Shown: positions 13,276 to 28,008 of the stretch, piece by piece
Position numbering within the stretch: position 1 is the stretch's first letter
Layout of the letters: each line of letters opens with the position of its first letter
Assembly (NCBI RefSeq): GCF_001194135.2
Contig: NC_068997.1
Location: 52,243,916 to 52,305,547, forward strand
DNA: 61,632 nt
Direction of reading: 5' to 3'
Origin: Octopus bimaculoides
Lineage: Eukaryota
Translations under genes and position numbers: made by a program
The notes under the pieces: model-generated
Seen by the model: the letters and a program-made list of their open reading frames with translations, nothing else
Told to the model about the DNA's origin: nothing
Database searches by the model: none

Positions 13276-14079
13276 TAATTAGTCAGAAAAGGAGAGTCAC
13301 TCCCATGACCTTTGTAGGTCATGTCAGAATTTTTAAGATCGATCTGTAGGGAGGATTCAGTATGAACTTGTGTAGATTGATGCCTGCACAGGAGGGAATG
13401 AGCATAAGTGGCATGGCAGAATGATTGGGTAAAAAAAAAAGCATTAAAAAGTGATGGGGTAGATTAGAGGGCGAGATCTGGTGGCAGGAGGAAGTTGGAT
13501 TTTAAACATACCACAACTCCACCTCTGGGATAAATTCTGATCCAGGAGACCTTTGATAAAATGTATTCCATTTATGATCATCCTGCCCTTCTCTCTGGCA
13601 TTACCCATCTAGGATTACATTATTTTGTGTGTTCTTTGTTCTCTAAAAATGTTAATGATATCAAGCTCAACGGTCTTAGAGGGACTGTCAGATAAACTTA
13701 TTGTCACTGACCCTTACTGCAAACTCAACTAATTAAAAAAATGAGACCTATTGAGTCAAGTACATCAACATCAAATCAAATCAAACCATAATCAAATGGA
13801 AACTGTAGTTGTGGCTGATGCCAGCGCCACCTGACTGGATCCCCAACCTAGAAAGTTGCCCTCTGAGGCACAAGTCCAGGCAAGGTTATTTACGGAAGAT
13901 CAGCAGTCGCCCATGCATAACAGCTTCCCCTCTCCATGCCATTGATGTTATCCAAGGGAAAGGCAAAGGGGCCGATACTGCTTGGCACCAGTGACATCAC
14001 ACCTCATTTCTACAGCTGAGTGAACCTGTGTCCAAAATGTCAAGACTCCTCTCCTTCTTTTCAAATATTAAACTAATAG

Positions 14080-14455
14080 GTGCAGGAGTGGCTGTGTGGT
14101 AAGAAGCTTGCTTCCCTACCACATGGTTCTGGGTTCAGTTCCACTGTGCAAGCGACTCCTACTATAGCCTCTGGCCAATCAAAGCCTTGTGAGTGGATTT
14201 GGTAGATGGAAACTGAAAGAAGCCCATCGTATATATACATGTATATATATATTTGAGTGTCTGTGTTTGTCCCCCTTACCATCGCTTGACAACCGATGCT
14301 GGTGTGTTTACGTCCCTGTAACTTAGCAGTTCAGCAAAAGAAACCAATAGAATAAGTACTAGGCTTACAAAGAATAAGTCCTGGGGTTGATTTGTTCGGC
14401 TTAAGGCGGTGCTCCAGCATGGCTGCAGTTAAATGACTGAAACAAGTAAAAGAGT
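14080..14455 (+). mobile_element. tRNA-derived SINE family A, near full length
   Basis: head gtggctgtgtggtaag...gggttcagt, body gagtggatttggtagatggaaactgaaagaagccc, tail gactgaaacaagtaaaaga; many copies in the window. Confidence 0.85.
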
Positions 14456-14644
14456 AATACAACATACATTGAAACTCGCTGCTCCCATTTTAAGTGTTTA
14501 ATGCATTCAAAATATGAATACACGTCTGCTTATATGGATGTTAGTAAGACACACTAATGTATAAACAGACTAGCATACACTTACTTACTTACATAACGCA
14601 ACTAATAAGTTGGTTAACTCAGATACAAACTAACTCGGTCAGGC

Positions 14645-14682
<38 letters not shown>

Positions 14683-15019
14683 TGACATAACTTGAGAATG
14701 ACACAGTCTGGTTGACATTGACTGACAAAAACACTGACTGACATTGACGGATTAACAAGCGTGTATTTATATGCAGAGAAATTCATATTGATGCATGGAT
14801 ATATTGATTGACAGGGAGACTGATTGATGGAGGGATGATTGGCACATTGACAGTGTGGCACCTGGTAGACTTACACACATACACACACATAGTTTCAATG
14901 ATACATGCTCACACATACACACACACACACTGACTTATGCATAGAAGTTCACACACACATACAATCATGCACAGTGGCACACACACACACACAGATGAGA
15001 CATAGATATGTATTTTTTC

Positions 15020-15058
<39 letters not shown>

Positions 15059-16920
15059 GTTTATTACCATGTATGTGTCAGGATGTTATAATTTGTGTGT
15101 GTGTGTGTATGTATATATATATATATATGTATATATGTACACACACACACACACACGTATATATATATATATATATACACATACACACACACAAACACAT
15201 ATATGTGTGAATATGTAAGTATATAGTATATGTATGTTTGTGTGTATGTATTTATATATACACATGTATATATTTACAATGTGTGTGCATGTATATTTTG
15301 TATGTATGTATATGTGTGCGTGTACACATGGACCACTGCCACAAGCCACTCAATCAGTCAGAACAAACCCTAATTATGTCAGTGCCCGGAGGTGGGGTGG
15401 GGGTGGCGGTAGTGTATAATGGTGGTAGGAGGCAATGGCAGGAGTGATAGGAAGAGATGTAGTTTTTTTATAAGTGGGAAGAGGAAGGGGGGAGCCCTCA
15501 GCATCCATTCCTATACCATGTTATCTTTACACATCCTCCTCCTCCTTTTCCTCTTCCTCCTCCACTTCTTCCCTCATCTATCAAACTTTAATTATCTGTC
15601 GTTAACCTGATGACCCTCCATGATAACGACAACTAGCTGGTATCTCAAGGTAGAATAGGGGTACATAATCTACATGTGGCATTTAGGGTACCATGAAATG
15701 TTTTACCTTCCTCTTAGTCTTTAATTAATTGCAACCCGTTACTACTCGAGATTAATGTATTTAGTTTCTTCTGGCTCTTTACAGTTCTGAGTTCAAATCC
15801 CATCGGAGGCCAGCTTTGCTTTTGGTCCTTCCAAAGTCAATAAAATAAAGTACCAGTCATGTATTGGTGTTGATGGTATTCACTAACTCTATCCCTTGAC
15901 TTTCTGGCCTTGAGACTATATTTGAAATAATAATAATAATAATAATAATGGTAATTATAATTCTGCCAGCGTGTTGCCTTGATAATAATAATCCTTTCTA
16001 CTAAAGGCACAAGGCCTGAAATTTTGGGAGAGGGGGACTAATCGATTGTACCGACCCCAGTGTTTCACTGGTACTTAATTTATCAACCCTGAAAGGATGA
16101 AAGGCGACCTTGGTGGAATTTGAACTCATGACGTAAAGACAGACCAAATACTGCTAAGCATTTTGCCCCACCTGCTAACGACTCTGCCAGCTTGACACCT
16201 TAATAATTATATATATACTAATTGACTCTACTTCCTTCCCCCCTACTAATAATCAATACTTAATTTGTGTATATACAAATTAATTTCATAAAATATATTT
16301 ATTTCAAATTTATTTCATTTTTTTTTTCTCAATTTCTTTTTATTATATATGAGGTGAGCAATAATTCCTGCTGAGTGATTATCTAAACGAATCTTTCCAT
16401 TATTGTGTACAGGTGTGGGAAGGGGAAGTATGTGTGCATGAGTATGTAGAATATGTGTGTGTGTGTGTGGAAGTATATGTGTGTGTGTGTGTGTTGCAGT
16501 TTGTGTGTGAATTTATTTTATTTTGTTGGGCTTTTTTTTTTTTTTTTCAAACATTTTTATAAAATTCAATTTTCCATGATGTAAAACTTAAATTTTACTT
16601 AAAATATGTGCACCTGTTCTTCATGTATTTTGCTTAAATATCACCAAATGAAATGAAATATCAGTTAATATTCAGCTGGGTTCATCATCATCATCATCAT
16701 TGTCATCATTATCTTCATCTTTGTCATCATCACCATCATCATTATCACACGTTCATGTACAAGTGGCTTTTTTTAGTGTCCACTTACCAAATCCTCTCAC
16801 ATGGCTTTGATCTGGCCGTAACTTAGCAGTTCGGCAAAAGAGACCGATAGACTAAGTACTAGGCTTACAAAGTAATCAAATCAAGAATCAAATCAGGTAC
16901 TTATTTCATTTTAAAGCCCA

Positions 16921-17189
16921 GTACTTATTTTATTGTTTTCTTTTGCCAAACCACTAAGTTACAGGGATGTAAACACACCAACATCGGTTGCAAAGTGGTG
17001 GTGAAGGACAGAAACACACACTCACACACATGCACACAAGCTTCTTTCAGTTTCTTTCTACCATATCTACTCGCAAGGCTTTAGTCAGTTCAAGGCTATA
17101 ATAGAAGACACTTGCCTAAGGTGCCATGCAGTGGGACTGAACCCAGAACCATGTAATTGGGAAGCAAACTTCTTACCACACAACCACAC
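16921..17189 (-). mobile_element. SINE family A, minus orientation
   Basis: reverse-complement motifs; also near 6009-6150, 6670-6830, 17230-17360, 34750-34910, 41000-41170, 42160-42250. Confidence 0.78.
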
Positions 17190-18764
17190 ATGCACCTATT
17201 ATATACATGAACACACACACGCTCATGTACAAGTGGGGTTTTTTAGTTTCTACTTACCAAATTCACTCACATGGCTTTGATCTGGGCAGGGCTGAGGTAG
17301 AAAACACTTGCCCAAGGTGCCATTGCATGGGACTGAACTCAAAACACGTAGCTTCTTAACCAAACACATATATTTATATTGTATATGGCAATTATATTCA
17401 GGGGAATGTTTTACAACTCTATAAATTGTTTCTTAATCTGTGTATATAAAATTCCATATAATATAATTCTATAAAATGCTTTTTTAAATTCATCTTGTTT
17501 TCTTCATTTTATGTAATTATCAGATTTATCTCAATTTATATAATTAATGTATCAGGCAGGTGATGTTAGCAAGAGATTCCTTTTATATGGAGATATTTAA
17601 ATAACATTTGAATAATTTTACATATTGCAGAATTCACCTGCAATTAAAGTTATTTTGAAATAAAAATACAAAAATTCTTTCATAAATACATTAGAAAGAA
17701 CCTTTTTGATCTGTGTTCGAAACACCTCATTTATATACCTGTTACATGCAAGAAATGCAGTATTAGGTTAAAATAGCCATCTATGTATCATACTTAATTT
17801 ATATACATTATGGAAAACCAAATTAACTGTGGTAGTCATCCACACTATCTTATATGGACACAGACGGGGACACACACACACACATTTCTATTTTGTATAT
17901 AGCAGATGCCTACAAATTGGAAATGAATGAAATGAATGACACTGCTTGTATGACAGTTACACTCGTTTACAACTACTACAGTATGTCACCAGAAGGACAT
18001 ATGCAGAGTTACACTCATTGTCATTTAACATCCGTTTTCCATGCTTGTATGGGTTGGGCAGTTTGACATGAGCTGACGAGACCAGGACCCAAACCAGGCT
18101 TCAGTTGTCTGTTTTGGCATGGTTTCTACAGCTGGATGCCCTTCCTAGCACCAACCACTCTACAAAGTGTACTGGATGCTTCTCACATAGCGCCAGAAAT
18201 AGTGCTTTTTACGTGGCACCAACAACAACAATACTTTTCACATGGAACCAACGCAGGTGCTTTTTATGTGGCACCAGCACCAGTGCCTTTTATATGACAC
18301 AACTTTTATCATACAATAACCATAATTTAACTTTGACCAGACTTCTTGGTGTCGAGAAAGAAAATCCTTATGTCACTAAATGCTTTAGGATATAGAAATG
18401 GTTCAGGACATGTCTTGTATGTTTGGTTCCACTGTCTCTAGAATGGTAACATTGTCTTTTTTGTTGTTGTTGTTTTTGGTGTCATTGCTTTATTCCTGTT
18501 GCTGTTGTTGTTGTTGTTATTACTAATGTAATGTTACTATTACTGCTTCTATTTGGGTTTTAGACTCCTGATGACAGGGCACTGTTGTGGCGTATGGTAT
18601 GTCTTGGGTACTTTTAGACTTGGCAGGACCCATCCCTCTCCTGTTCTGACCACCACTAGTTTCCTCCAGGGGGAGAGAGGTGGGGGATAGGACAGGAGGG
18701 AAGGAGAGAGATGGACAAAAAAAAAAGAGGAAGACAGAGAACAGTAGTTCAAGAGAGAGTGATA

Positions 18765-18799
<35 letters not shown>

Positions 18800-19241
18800 T
18801 GAATGAGGAGGCAAGAGTGAGAGAGAGAGAGAAAGAAAAAATAAGACAAAATCAGACGCAAGTATTAAGACTGGTAGCTTATTTATTGACCCTGGAAGGC
18901 AAAGTCAACCACAGCAGGATTTGAACTTGGAGCTCAGAAAGTCAGAATAAATGCCAGAAGGCATTTCATCTGGCGCTCAACAGACTCAGATAATTCACAA
19001 CCATATGCTGATGTTACTATAATCTTCTCACCAAAGACTGGGTCTTTTGTATACATTTGGGCCACATTGTGTTGGCAGCTATCAACATCTGTGAATTGCC
19101 CCCAGAGAGGGGGAGGATTTCCTTCAATTTCAGTTTATGCCTCATTTGGTAAAAACATTTGTTTTATATTTGTCTGTTGTTGTTAGAGCTTTTATTTTTT
19201 TTTTGTATTTTTTCTTAAGGGGGGGTGATATTTTATTGTTG

Positions 19242-19278
<37 letters not shown>

Positions 19279-19758
19279 TAATTTATCAAGACTGTGAAGA
19301 CATTGTGCAAACGAGAGGTAAAAGAGGGAGGAATCAGTCGCACGTCCCCACACCACACCTGTCTTCATGGAAATTAAAAAGTGTGTGTGTGTGTGTGTGG
19401 GGATGATGAAATGGGAAGATTAGTGGGTAGATGGTTTAGGAATGTATGGAGTGAGACTGAGGAAGGAGTTGCTGTGGGGGCAGGGATTGTGAGAGTGGGG
19501 TCGGTGGGGGCAGTTGAAGTGGGGTGGGGAGCAGTTAAAGTTTGCAGAACTTCAGTAAGGAAGAAATTTGATATTACCTTAATGGCACTCCCCCCCTGAC
19601 TCCATCTTTCCCTGCCCCTACACCTTTTTGTACACACACTCGTACACGCAAACACACACACACCACCCGGTCAACATACACACACACACACATGTTCATA
19701 TACACACATAGATACACATACAGCTCTCAATACATGTACACATTCATATATATGTGGT

Positions 19759-19789
<31 letters not shown>

Positions 19790-20913
19790 GCTTGTGTGTG
19801 TGTATATATATATATATATGTGTGTATATATGTGTATATATATGTGTGTGTGTGTGTATATATATATGTGTATACATCATCATCGTGTATACATATATAT
19901 ATGTGTATATATGTATATATATGTGTATAGGTGTATGTATATATGTGTATATGTATATATATATATGTATGTATATGTGTGTGTGTGTGTATATATACAT
20001 GTATATATATTGTATGTGTGTGTATGTATATATATGTATATGTGTGTGTGTTTGTGCATATATATATATGTGTGTGTGTGTGTATATGTATATACCCCTT
20101 AAAATTACACCCTGCCTTCTTAAATAGGAAACAACACATAGGATAATGTAGTCTAAAATATACTGTGACCAAAAATAAGACAGGATAGTCGTGGCTGGAA
20201 TATTAATGATCACGGGTCACAAGGATTAGGTAAGACCTAGGTTTAAACAGCAATGACACTAACAAACCACACACTACATCACATAAGCAATACACCACCT
20301 CTTACTATGTGCTTTACCACGTACACTATGCAACGAGCATGCTCAGGCACCCCCACCTCCCACATCAGACATACTCCACCACCCACTTCATAACTGCCCT
20401 TCCTCCATCTCCTAAACAGACCCTTTTCTCATGGGAAGGGACCAGTTTTACTGTCTTGTTAATGGCATCTTAAATGGCTTTTAAATATTTGTTGATGTCT
20501 GCCTTGTCTTCACCTGCACACACACACACACACACACACACATGCATTTATATGTACGTACATGCACATATATAATTATCTGTATATCATACATATAGTC
20601 TTAAAAGTACATAAACATTTAGCTACATACATACATATATGCACACCTGGGCACACATATATACATACGCAAACACATAAATACTTCAAGATGTTGCATT
20701 TAGAATTGGCAAGAGCTTTCTGTAAACAGATTAATTTGACTTCATGTGTGTATACAGTTCTGTGTGTGCGTATATATGTATACACACTGTAGTGAATATA
20801 TAGTAGTGTGTGCTTGTAACATTTTGTATGTATGAGCATGTGCCTGTATAATTGTGTTTTTAACTATATATATGATAGACTAGCTGTCATATATATCTAC
20901 CACATAGATAGAC

Positions 20914-20947
<34 letters not shown>

Positions 20948-21666
20948 CTCCCTCTACCACTCTCTCTCTCTCTCTCCCTTACCCCTGCATGGTCACATGC
21001 TTCCGGTCACTAATCCTTTTCTTCCTTGGCTATCGCCGAGCAAATACGTGAACTTACTTCGCCCCCACTTTCAAGTTCGTGCCTCACAGCGTTCATATAC
21101 ACATAATTTTTCACGTCTGGCCGTATAGCCTTTTCCGTTTGTTTCCCTGTCTTGTTTTTTGTCCGCCACTACATTCCTCCATGGCACAGGTTTAATTTGT
21201 GTATACAAATTTAATTTGCGTTCCNNNNNNNNNNNNNNNNNNNNNNNNNNNNNNNNNNNNNNNNNNNNNNNNNNNNNNNNNNNNNNNNNNNNNNNNNNNN
21301 NNNNNNNNNNNNNNNNNNNNNNNNNNNNNNNNNNNNNNNNNNNNNNNNNNNNNNNNNNNNNNNNNNNNNNNNNNNNNNNNNNNNNNNNNNNNNNNNNNNN
21401 NNNNNNNNNNNNNNNNNNNNNNNNNNNNNNNNNNNNNNNNNNNNNNNNNNNNNNNNNNNNNNNNNNNNNNNNNNNNNNNNNNNNNNNNNNNNNNNNNNNN
21501 NNNNNNNNNNNNNNNNNNNNNNNNNNNNNNNNNNNNNNNNNNNNNNNNNNNNNNNNNNNNNNNNNNNNNNNNNNNNNNNNNNNNNNNNNNNNNNNNNNNN
21601 NNNNNNNNNNNNNNNNNNNNNNNNNNNNNNNNNNNNNNNNNNNNNNNNNNNNNNNNNNNNNNNNNN

Positions 21667-21701
<35 letters not shown>

Positions 21702-21826
21702 CTAGCGATGTTTAAATTTTCTTTTTACAAGGAAAATAGTTCTAAAGCCACAAACAGTAATTGAATGCTCTTCTCATCCATTGTACAGTTAAATTGTAAG
21801 CTAACAGATTCCTGTTTCTATTCCAG

Positions 21827-21931
21827 CCATCTGCCAGGGCCAATTGTCTGCTGAGGAAAGTCTTTGACCATGTCAATCTATTAGAAAGGGACTACTTTGG
21901 TTTGAGATTCCTGGATCAGAATAACCAATCG
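21827..21931 (+). CDS. EPB41L4A: EPB41L4A exon (FERM F1): [35 protein letters not shown]
   Basis: ttccag|...|gtaac; 105 nt, phase 0-0; DYFGL motif. Confidence 0.93.
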
Positions 21932-24900
21932 GTAACTATTTAACAGTTCCATCTTTACTCATCATCATCATCATCATCCTCATCGTCAACATTGTTGTTC
22001 CCATCGTCATTATCACCATCTTGATCATCATCATCATCAATGTTGTTGTCGTCATCATCACCATCAACATTATCATAACCACTTGTCATCATCATGATCA
22101 TGATCACCATCACCATTATCACCATCATCATCATCATCTTCATTCTTGAAAGATGCAAAAGGCAGTTGGGCTTGTTTTGTGTTTACAACTGATAACGATT
22201 TTTCAGCTAATTAACGAACCATAGATACAAAACTATGTGGCTGTTCACATTTTTGTCTTCCAGGAGTAAAGTTAAATAAAATTGTGCTTGATGGGTTTAA
22301 AGAATTAAGCTTTAAACTTTAGTGTAGCTCCAGAGTTCATACCAAATTTCTTGGAGTAAAGATTGTTTGCCGACATGATATGGCAGTCCTGGTTTAGGAC
22401 TAATGTTGCTGTAATTTAGCCCCAGGAGACATCGTCTCCAGCTGGCTATACGATATGATCTGTGTCCTTATATTTTTGTACAAGGGACTCTAGCACCCCC
22501 ACTCAGCTCAAAACACTGTGTATCATGAAAACCAGGTTATTTTTCTTCATCAGCTCAGAATAATTGTTTGGCTATAGGTAGCACTGCCAAATTCCCATTC
22601 GAGATATATAGTTTTCAAAGTGACAACTAGTCACTGATTTATAAATTAGAAAATTACTATTTTTAAATCTCACAATGTGAGATATTCATCAAGAGTACTT
22701 TGTAGTAAAGATTGTTTGCCAACATAACATGGCAGTCCTGGTTTAGGACTAATGTTGTTGTAATTTAGCCCCAGGAGACATTGTCTCCAGCTGGCTATAC
22801 GACACGATCTGTGTCTTTATATTTTCGAACAAGGGAATCTAGCACCCCCACTCAGCTCAAAACAATATCTGTGTATTCGTCCTAAACCAGGACTGCCATG
22901 TTATGTTGGCAAACAATCTTTACTCCAAAGTACTGTTGCTGAATATCTCTCATTGTGAGATTTTAAAAATAGTAATTTTACCAAATTTCTTGTTTTAAAT
23001 CTTTATTCTTTAATCCACTTTCAATGCCAATTGTAGTCTTTTTCTTCTATTTCTGCAGCATTGGCTGGATTCCAATAAGACTATTTCTTCTCAATTAAAA
23101 GGTAAGACGTAGTTTCTGTTTTCATCTTACTCTTTCGTTCATTCATTCATCATTACCATAGTCATCATTGTCACCATTTTAACCCTTTGTTTTAAAGCCC
23201 TTCATTTTGAAAGGGTCCACAGCTTTCATGTTCTACTTTGTGGTCCCTTATGTTTCAGACCCCTTATTTTTAATTATAGCATCCACATCCTTCACATTGT
23301 CCTTTGTTATTCTTTAAGAAATGTCAGAACCCTTTATTTCAAATTATAGGTCCCATATCCTTCACAATGTACTTTGTGGTCCCATAAAATAAAAGATTTA
23401 AAATCCCCTTTTATTTCTAATTTTAGGGTCCACGTCCTTCACATTGTATTTTGTGGTGAAGTTCTATACAGCAGATCCTTGCAAATTACGAGAAGAAATA
23501 ACAAGGTAAGTTGTATATCATAGTGAATACACACACATACACACTCAGATGCGTGTGTATGTGTGTGTGTAGCAGTAACTACATTGATGGTTGTGTGATC
23601 GTGTGCTTGTGTACTGTTCCATTTCTCGTGTTAGCATTTTATCTGTTATGGAGGATCTGAAAGAAGTAAAAATAAACCTGTTATTGATTTGAAAAGAGTA
23701 ACATGCTGATAACTGTCCTCACATATTCCTTGCAGCTTCTACTTTGCATAGTGTGTGTGTTACTTCTTGTTGTATTTGTAATTGTGTACCATGTTCTCCG
23801 TTTTCTTGTTTAATTTTCTTCGTCTTTGTTGCTGTACACATTCGTTAGCTTTCTTACATTCGCTAGCTTTCTTATATATATATATGTATATATATATATG
23901 TATATATGTATATATGTATATATGTATATATATATGTGTATATGTATATATATATATATGTATATGTATATGTATATATATGTATATATATGTATATGTA
24001 TATATATGTATATGTATGTATATGTATATATATGTATATGTATATATATGTATATGTATATATATGTATATGTATATATATGTATATGTATATATATGTA
24101 TATGTATATGTATATGTATATATATGTATATGTATATNNNNNNNNNNNNNNNNNNNNNNNNNNNNNNNNNNNNNNNNNNNNNNNNNNNNNNNNNNNNNNN
24201 NNNNNNNNNNNNNNNNNNNNNNNNNNNNNNNNNNNNNNNNNNNNNNNNNNNNNNNNNNNNNNNNNNNNNNNNNNNNNNNNNNNNNNNNNNNNNNNNNNNN
24301 NNNNNNNNNNNNNNNNNNNNNNNNNNNNNNNNNNNNNNNNNNNNNNNNNNNNNNNNNNNNNNNNNNNNNNNNNNNNNNNNNNNNNNNNNNNNNNNNNNNN
24401 NNNNNNNNNNNNNNNNNNNNNNNNNNNNNNNNNNNNNNNNNNNNNNNNNNNNNNNNNNNNNNNNNNNNNNNNNNNNNNNNNNNNNNNNNNNNNNNNNNNN
24501 NNNNNNNNNNNNNNNNNNNNNNNNNNNNNNNNNNNNNNNNNNNNNNNNNNNNNNNNNNNNNNNNNNNNNNNNNNNNNNNNNNNNNNNNNNNNNNNNNNNN
24601 NNNNNNNNNNNNNNNNNNNNNNNNNNNNNNNNNNNNNNNNNNNNNNNNNNNNNNNNTATATATATATATATATGCATAGGCATGTATACACACACGCGTA
24701 CACACATGTATGTTGATTCTATGTATTATTTCCTCTCTGCAGATATTACTTCTTTCTCCAAATCAAAAGAGACATCTATGATGGACGTCTACCTGTCACA
24801 TTTGAAGAACTCATTGAATTGGCAGCATACATCCTACAGTGTAAGTAGAATACACGCACGCACGCGCACACACACACACACACACACACACTAATACATT

Positions 24901-26906
24901 TGCACACATGCATACATCCAATGAGGGAACAGTTATTCTTTTGACATGGATGAATGGTATGTGTGTGTGTCTGTGTGTGTGTGTGCGTGTAGGTACTGCA
25001 GTGTATCCAAAAATCACCCACCTCACCATTTAGCCACTCCCACTGTCATTTTAGCCACTCCCCTTGACCTGATCATGTAAGATGTCCTAGGTCACATGTT
25101 ATCATTAGCACTCATAAGTAACATTACACACACGCACACACACATTCATTTGTGTTTGCAGGTGTGTATAGAAAATTTGAAAAAGCTATCCTCTAAAATT
25201 ATCAATTTGTGTAATTATGGAGTTCTACAGGGCAAACCTTTCGTGTTCCAATCTCTGTTTAAATATAAACAAAATTAAAAACTTAAATCTTAGCATCTTC
25301 ATGTCTGTCTGTGTTTATAAGGGAAATAACTCTAGATAAAGGGGAAGCAACTCAGAAATTCTTTTATTTGATTGCTATTTAATATCAAAATTAATTTTTA
25401 CGTTCTCAGTCCAAATTCTGCCGAGGTCGACTTTGCCTTTCATCCTTTCGGGGTCGAACTAATCGACTGGCCCCTTCCCCCAAAATTTCAGGTCTGAATT
25501 GTTATTATTATTATTGTTCAGTAGTTTTATTTTTATAACGTGCTTTCACTTCACTACCGAGCGCAGCTCTGTGTGCCTTGGGTATGTGCTATGGTTTGCT
25601 GTGGTGCTCTTATGGTTACTGTATTGAAAGTGTTTTGCATAGGATGTGTGCAGTGCCCAGTAGTGCAATTTTCTGTATGTTATATATATATTTGTAAGTC
25701 CTGGTGTTTTTGTTATGTATTTGTCTGAATATTTTTTTATTATACCTAAGGCACCTACTATGATAGGAATTGTTTCTGTTTTTAGATTCCCCATTCGAGT
25801 TACCTCTATTTCCAGGTCTTTGTATTTTGAAAGTTTTTCCATTTCTTTTAGGGAAACGTTGTCATCTGCTGGTATTGATACATCAATTAGAAAGCATTTT
25901 TTTTCTTCATGATCTTTGACAACTATATCTGGTCTATTTGCCTTAATTTCTCTATCTGTGTGTATTGGCATATCCCAGAGTATGGTTGCTTTCTCGTTTT
26001 CTGTGACCTTTTCTGGCGTGTTATTATTGTTGTTGTTATTATTATTATTAATATTATTATTATTATTATTACATGTAAAGGTGCATGGCTTAGTGGTTAG
26101 GGCATCAGGCTTACAATCACGAGGTAGTGAATTCAATTCCTGGACCAGGCCATGCTGTGTTCTTGAGCAAGACACTTTATCTCATGTTGCTTCAGTTCAC
26201 TCAGCCTGTAGATACGAGTTGCTACATCACTGGTGCCAAACTGTATTGGCCCCTTTGCCTTTCCCTTGGATAACATCTGTGGCATGGAGAGGAGAAACTG
26301 ATATGCATGGACGACTGCTGGTCTTCCAAAAACAACATTGCCCGGACTTGTGCCTCGGAAAGAAACTTTCTAGGTGCAATTCAATGGTTATATGTGATGG
26401 AAGGGCTAGATGCTTTCTTATCATTAAGGGCTAGATGCTTTGCTATGTTTTTGCTCCTCTAAGAATATTTATTGACCCTAAAAGGATGAAAGGCAAAGTT
26501 GACTTAGGTGGAATTCAAACTCAGAACGAGAAGACAACAGACAAAACTTTATCAGGGTAACTTTATTTTCTGTTCTGTCACCCCTTCAGTTCCACTGGAA
26601 ATATAAGGTGAGTGTAGAGAGGAAGGTAGTTTCCTTAAACAGTGGGTACCAGTAGTGAAAATGGTATAAGTGGATGGTTGTATCCTCAGTTTGTGCTTTT
26701 TTGGTTTGAGAACAAAATTTGAGAGAAGGCATTGCCTTTTCTTGTAGTCAGGATGATCATATTGGTAGATCCTTTTGTATCAGGTGCACCATATCATCAC
26801 CCACTTGTATACATTTTTATTTCATTCAATTTCTATGTAAACCCCTATATATTATTATATAACCCATCTTTGTAATGACCCCTTCATCTACATCTCCCTC
26901 ACTGTG

Positions 26907-26944
<38 letters not shown>

Positions 26945-27391
26945 GACTCTGAGTAAGACAATGAGCTGGCAGAATCGTTAGCACACTGGGCGAAATGCTT
27001 AGTGGTATTTCGTTAGCTGCTATGTTCGGAGTTCAAATTCCACTGAGGTCAACTTTGCCTTTCATCCTTTCGAGGTCGAGAACTTAAGTACCAGTGGAAC
27101 ACTGGGGTCAATGTAATTGACTTATCCCCCACCCCATGCTGTCCTTGTGGCAAAAATTTGAAATCATCATCATTATTAAGGTAGCGAACTGGCAGAAACG
27201 TTAGCAGGCCGAGTGAAATGCTTAGCGGTATTCCGTCTGTCTTCACGTTCTGGGTTCAAATTCCGCCAAGGTCAACATTGCCTTTCATCCTTTTGGGGTC
27301 AATAAATAAAGTACTAGTGAAACACAGGGGTTGATGTAATCAACTATCCCCCTCCCCACAAATTCTGGGCCTTGTGCCTATAGTAGAAAGG

Positions 27392-27429
<38 letters not shown>

Positions 27430-27976
27430 GTATATTATTTTTATTATAATCATTATTATAATTATCATCCTCATCCCTGCTCATCATCATCATCATTCCA
27501 GCTGAACTCGGTGACTACAACCCTAAGATAAACACCGATGGTTATGTTTCTGAATTCCGTTTTATACAGCACCAGTCCATGGAACATGAGCAAGCCATTG
27601 CTGTTTTACACCGAAGACTTGTGTAAGTTCCTCTTCAACCATTTTTTTCTGTTTTCTTACCAATAATCCCAGACATTTCACATATCAAAGGAGCTTAGTC
27701 CAAACCTTAGGCCCTTACCCCCAGATTTAGTTGTGTTGAATGGAATTAAAGATTAATTATTAAGGGTGTGGGATTGGTGGAATTGTTAAAAAATGGGATA
27801 AAATACTTTGTGGTAGTTTTCTGACTTGTTTTTTGTTTTTTTTGCTTGGTCTTTATAATCCCATAAGGATCAACTTTGACTTCCATCCCTCCAGGGTCAG
27901 TAAATTAAAGTACCAGTCAAGTACTGGGGTTCGTCTAATCAACTGACCGCCTCCCATCAATTCAGAACATGAAAAC

Positions 27977-28008
<32 letters not shown>

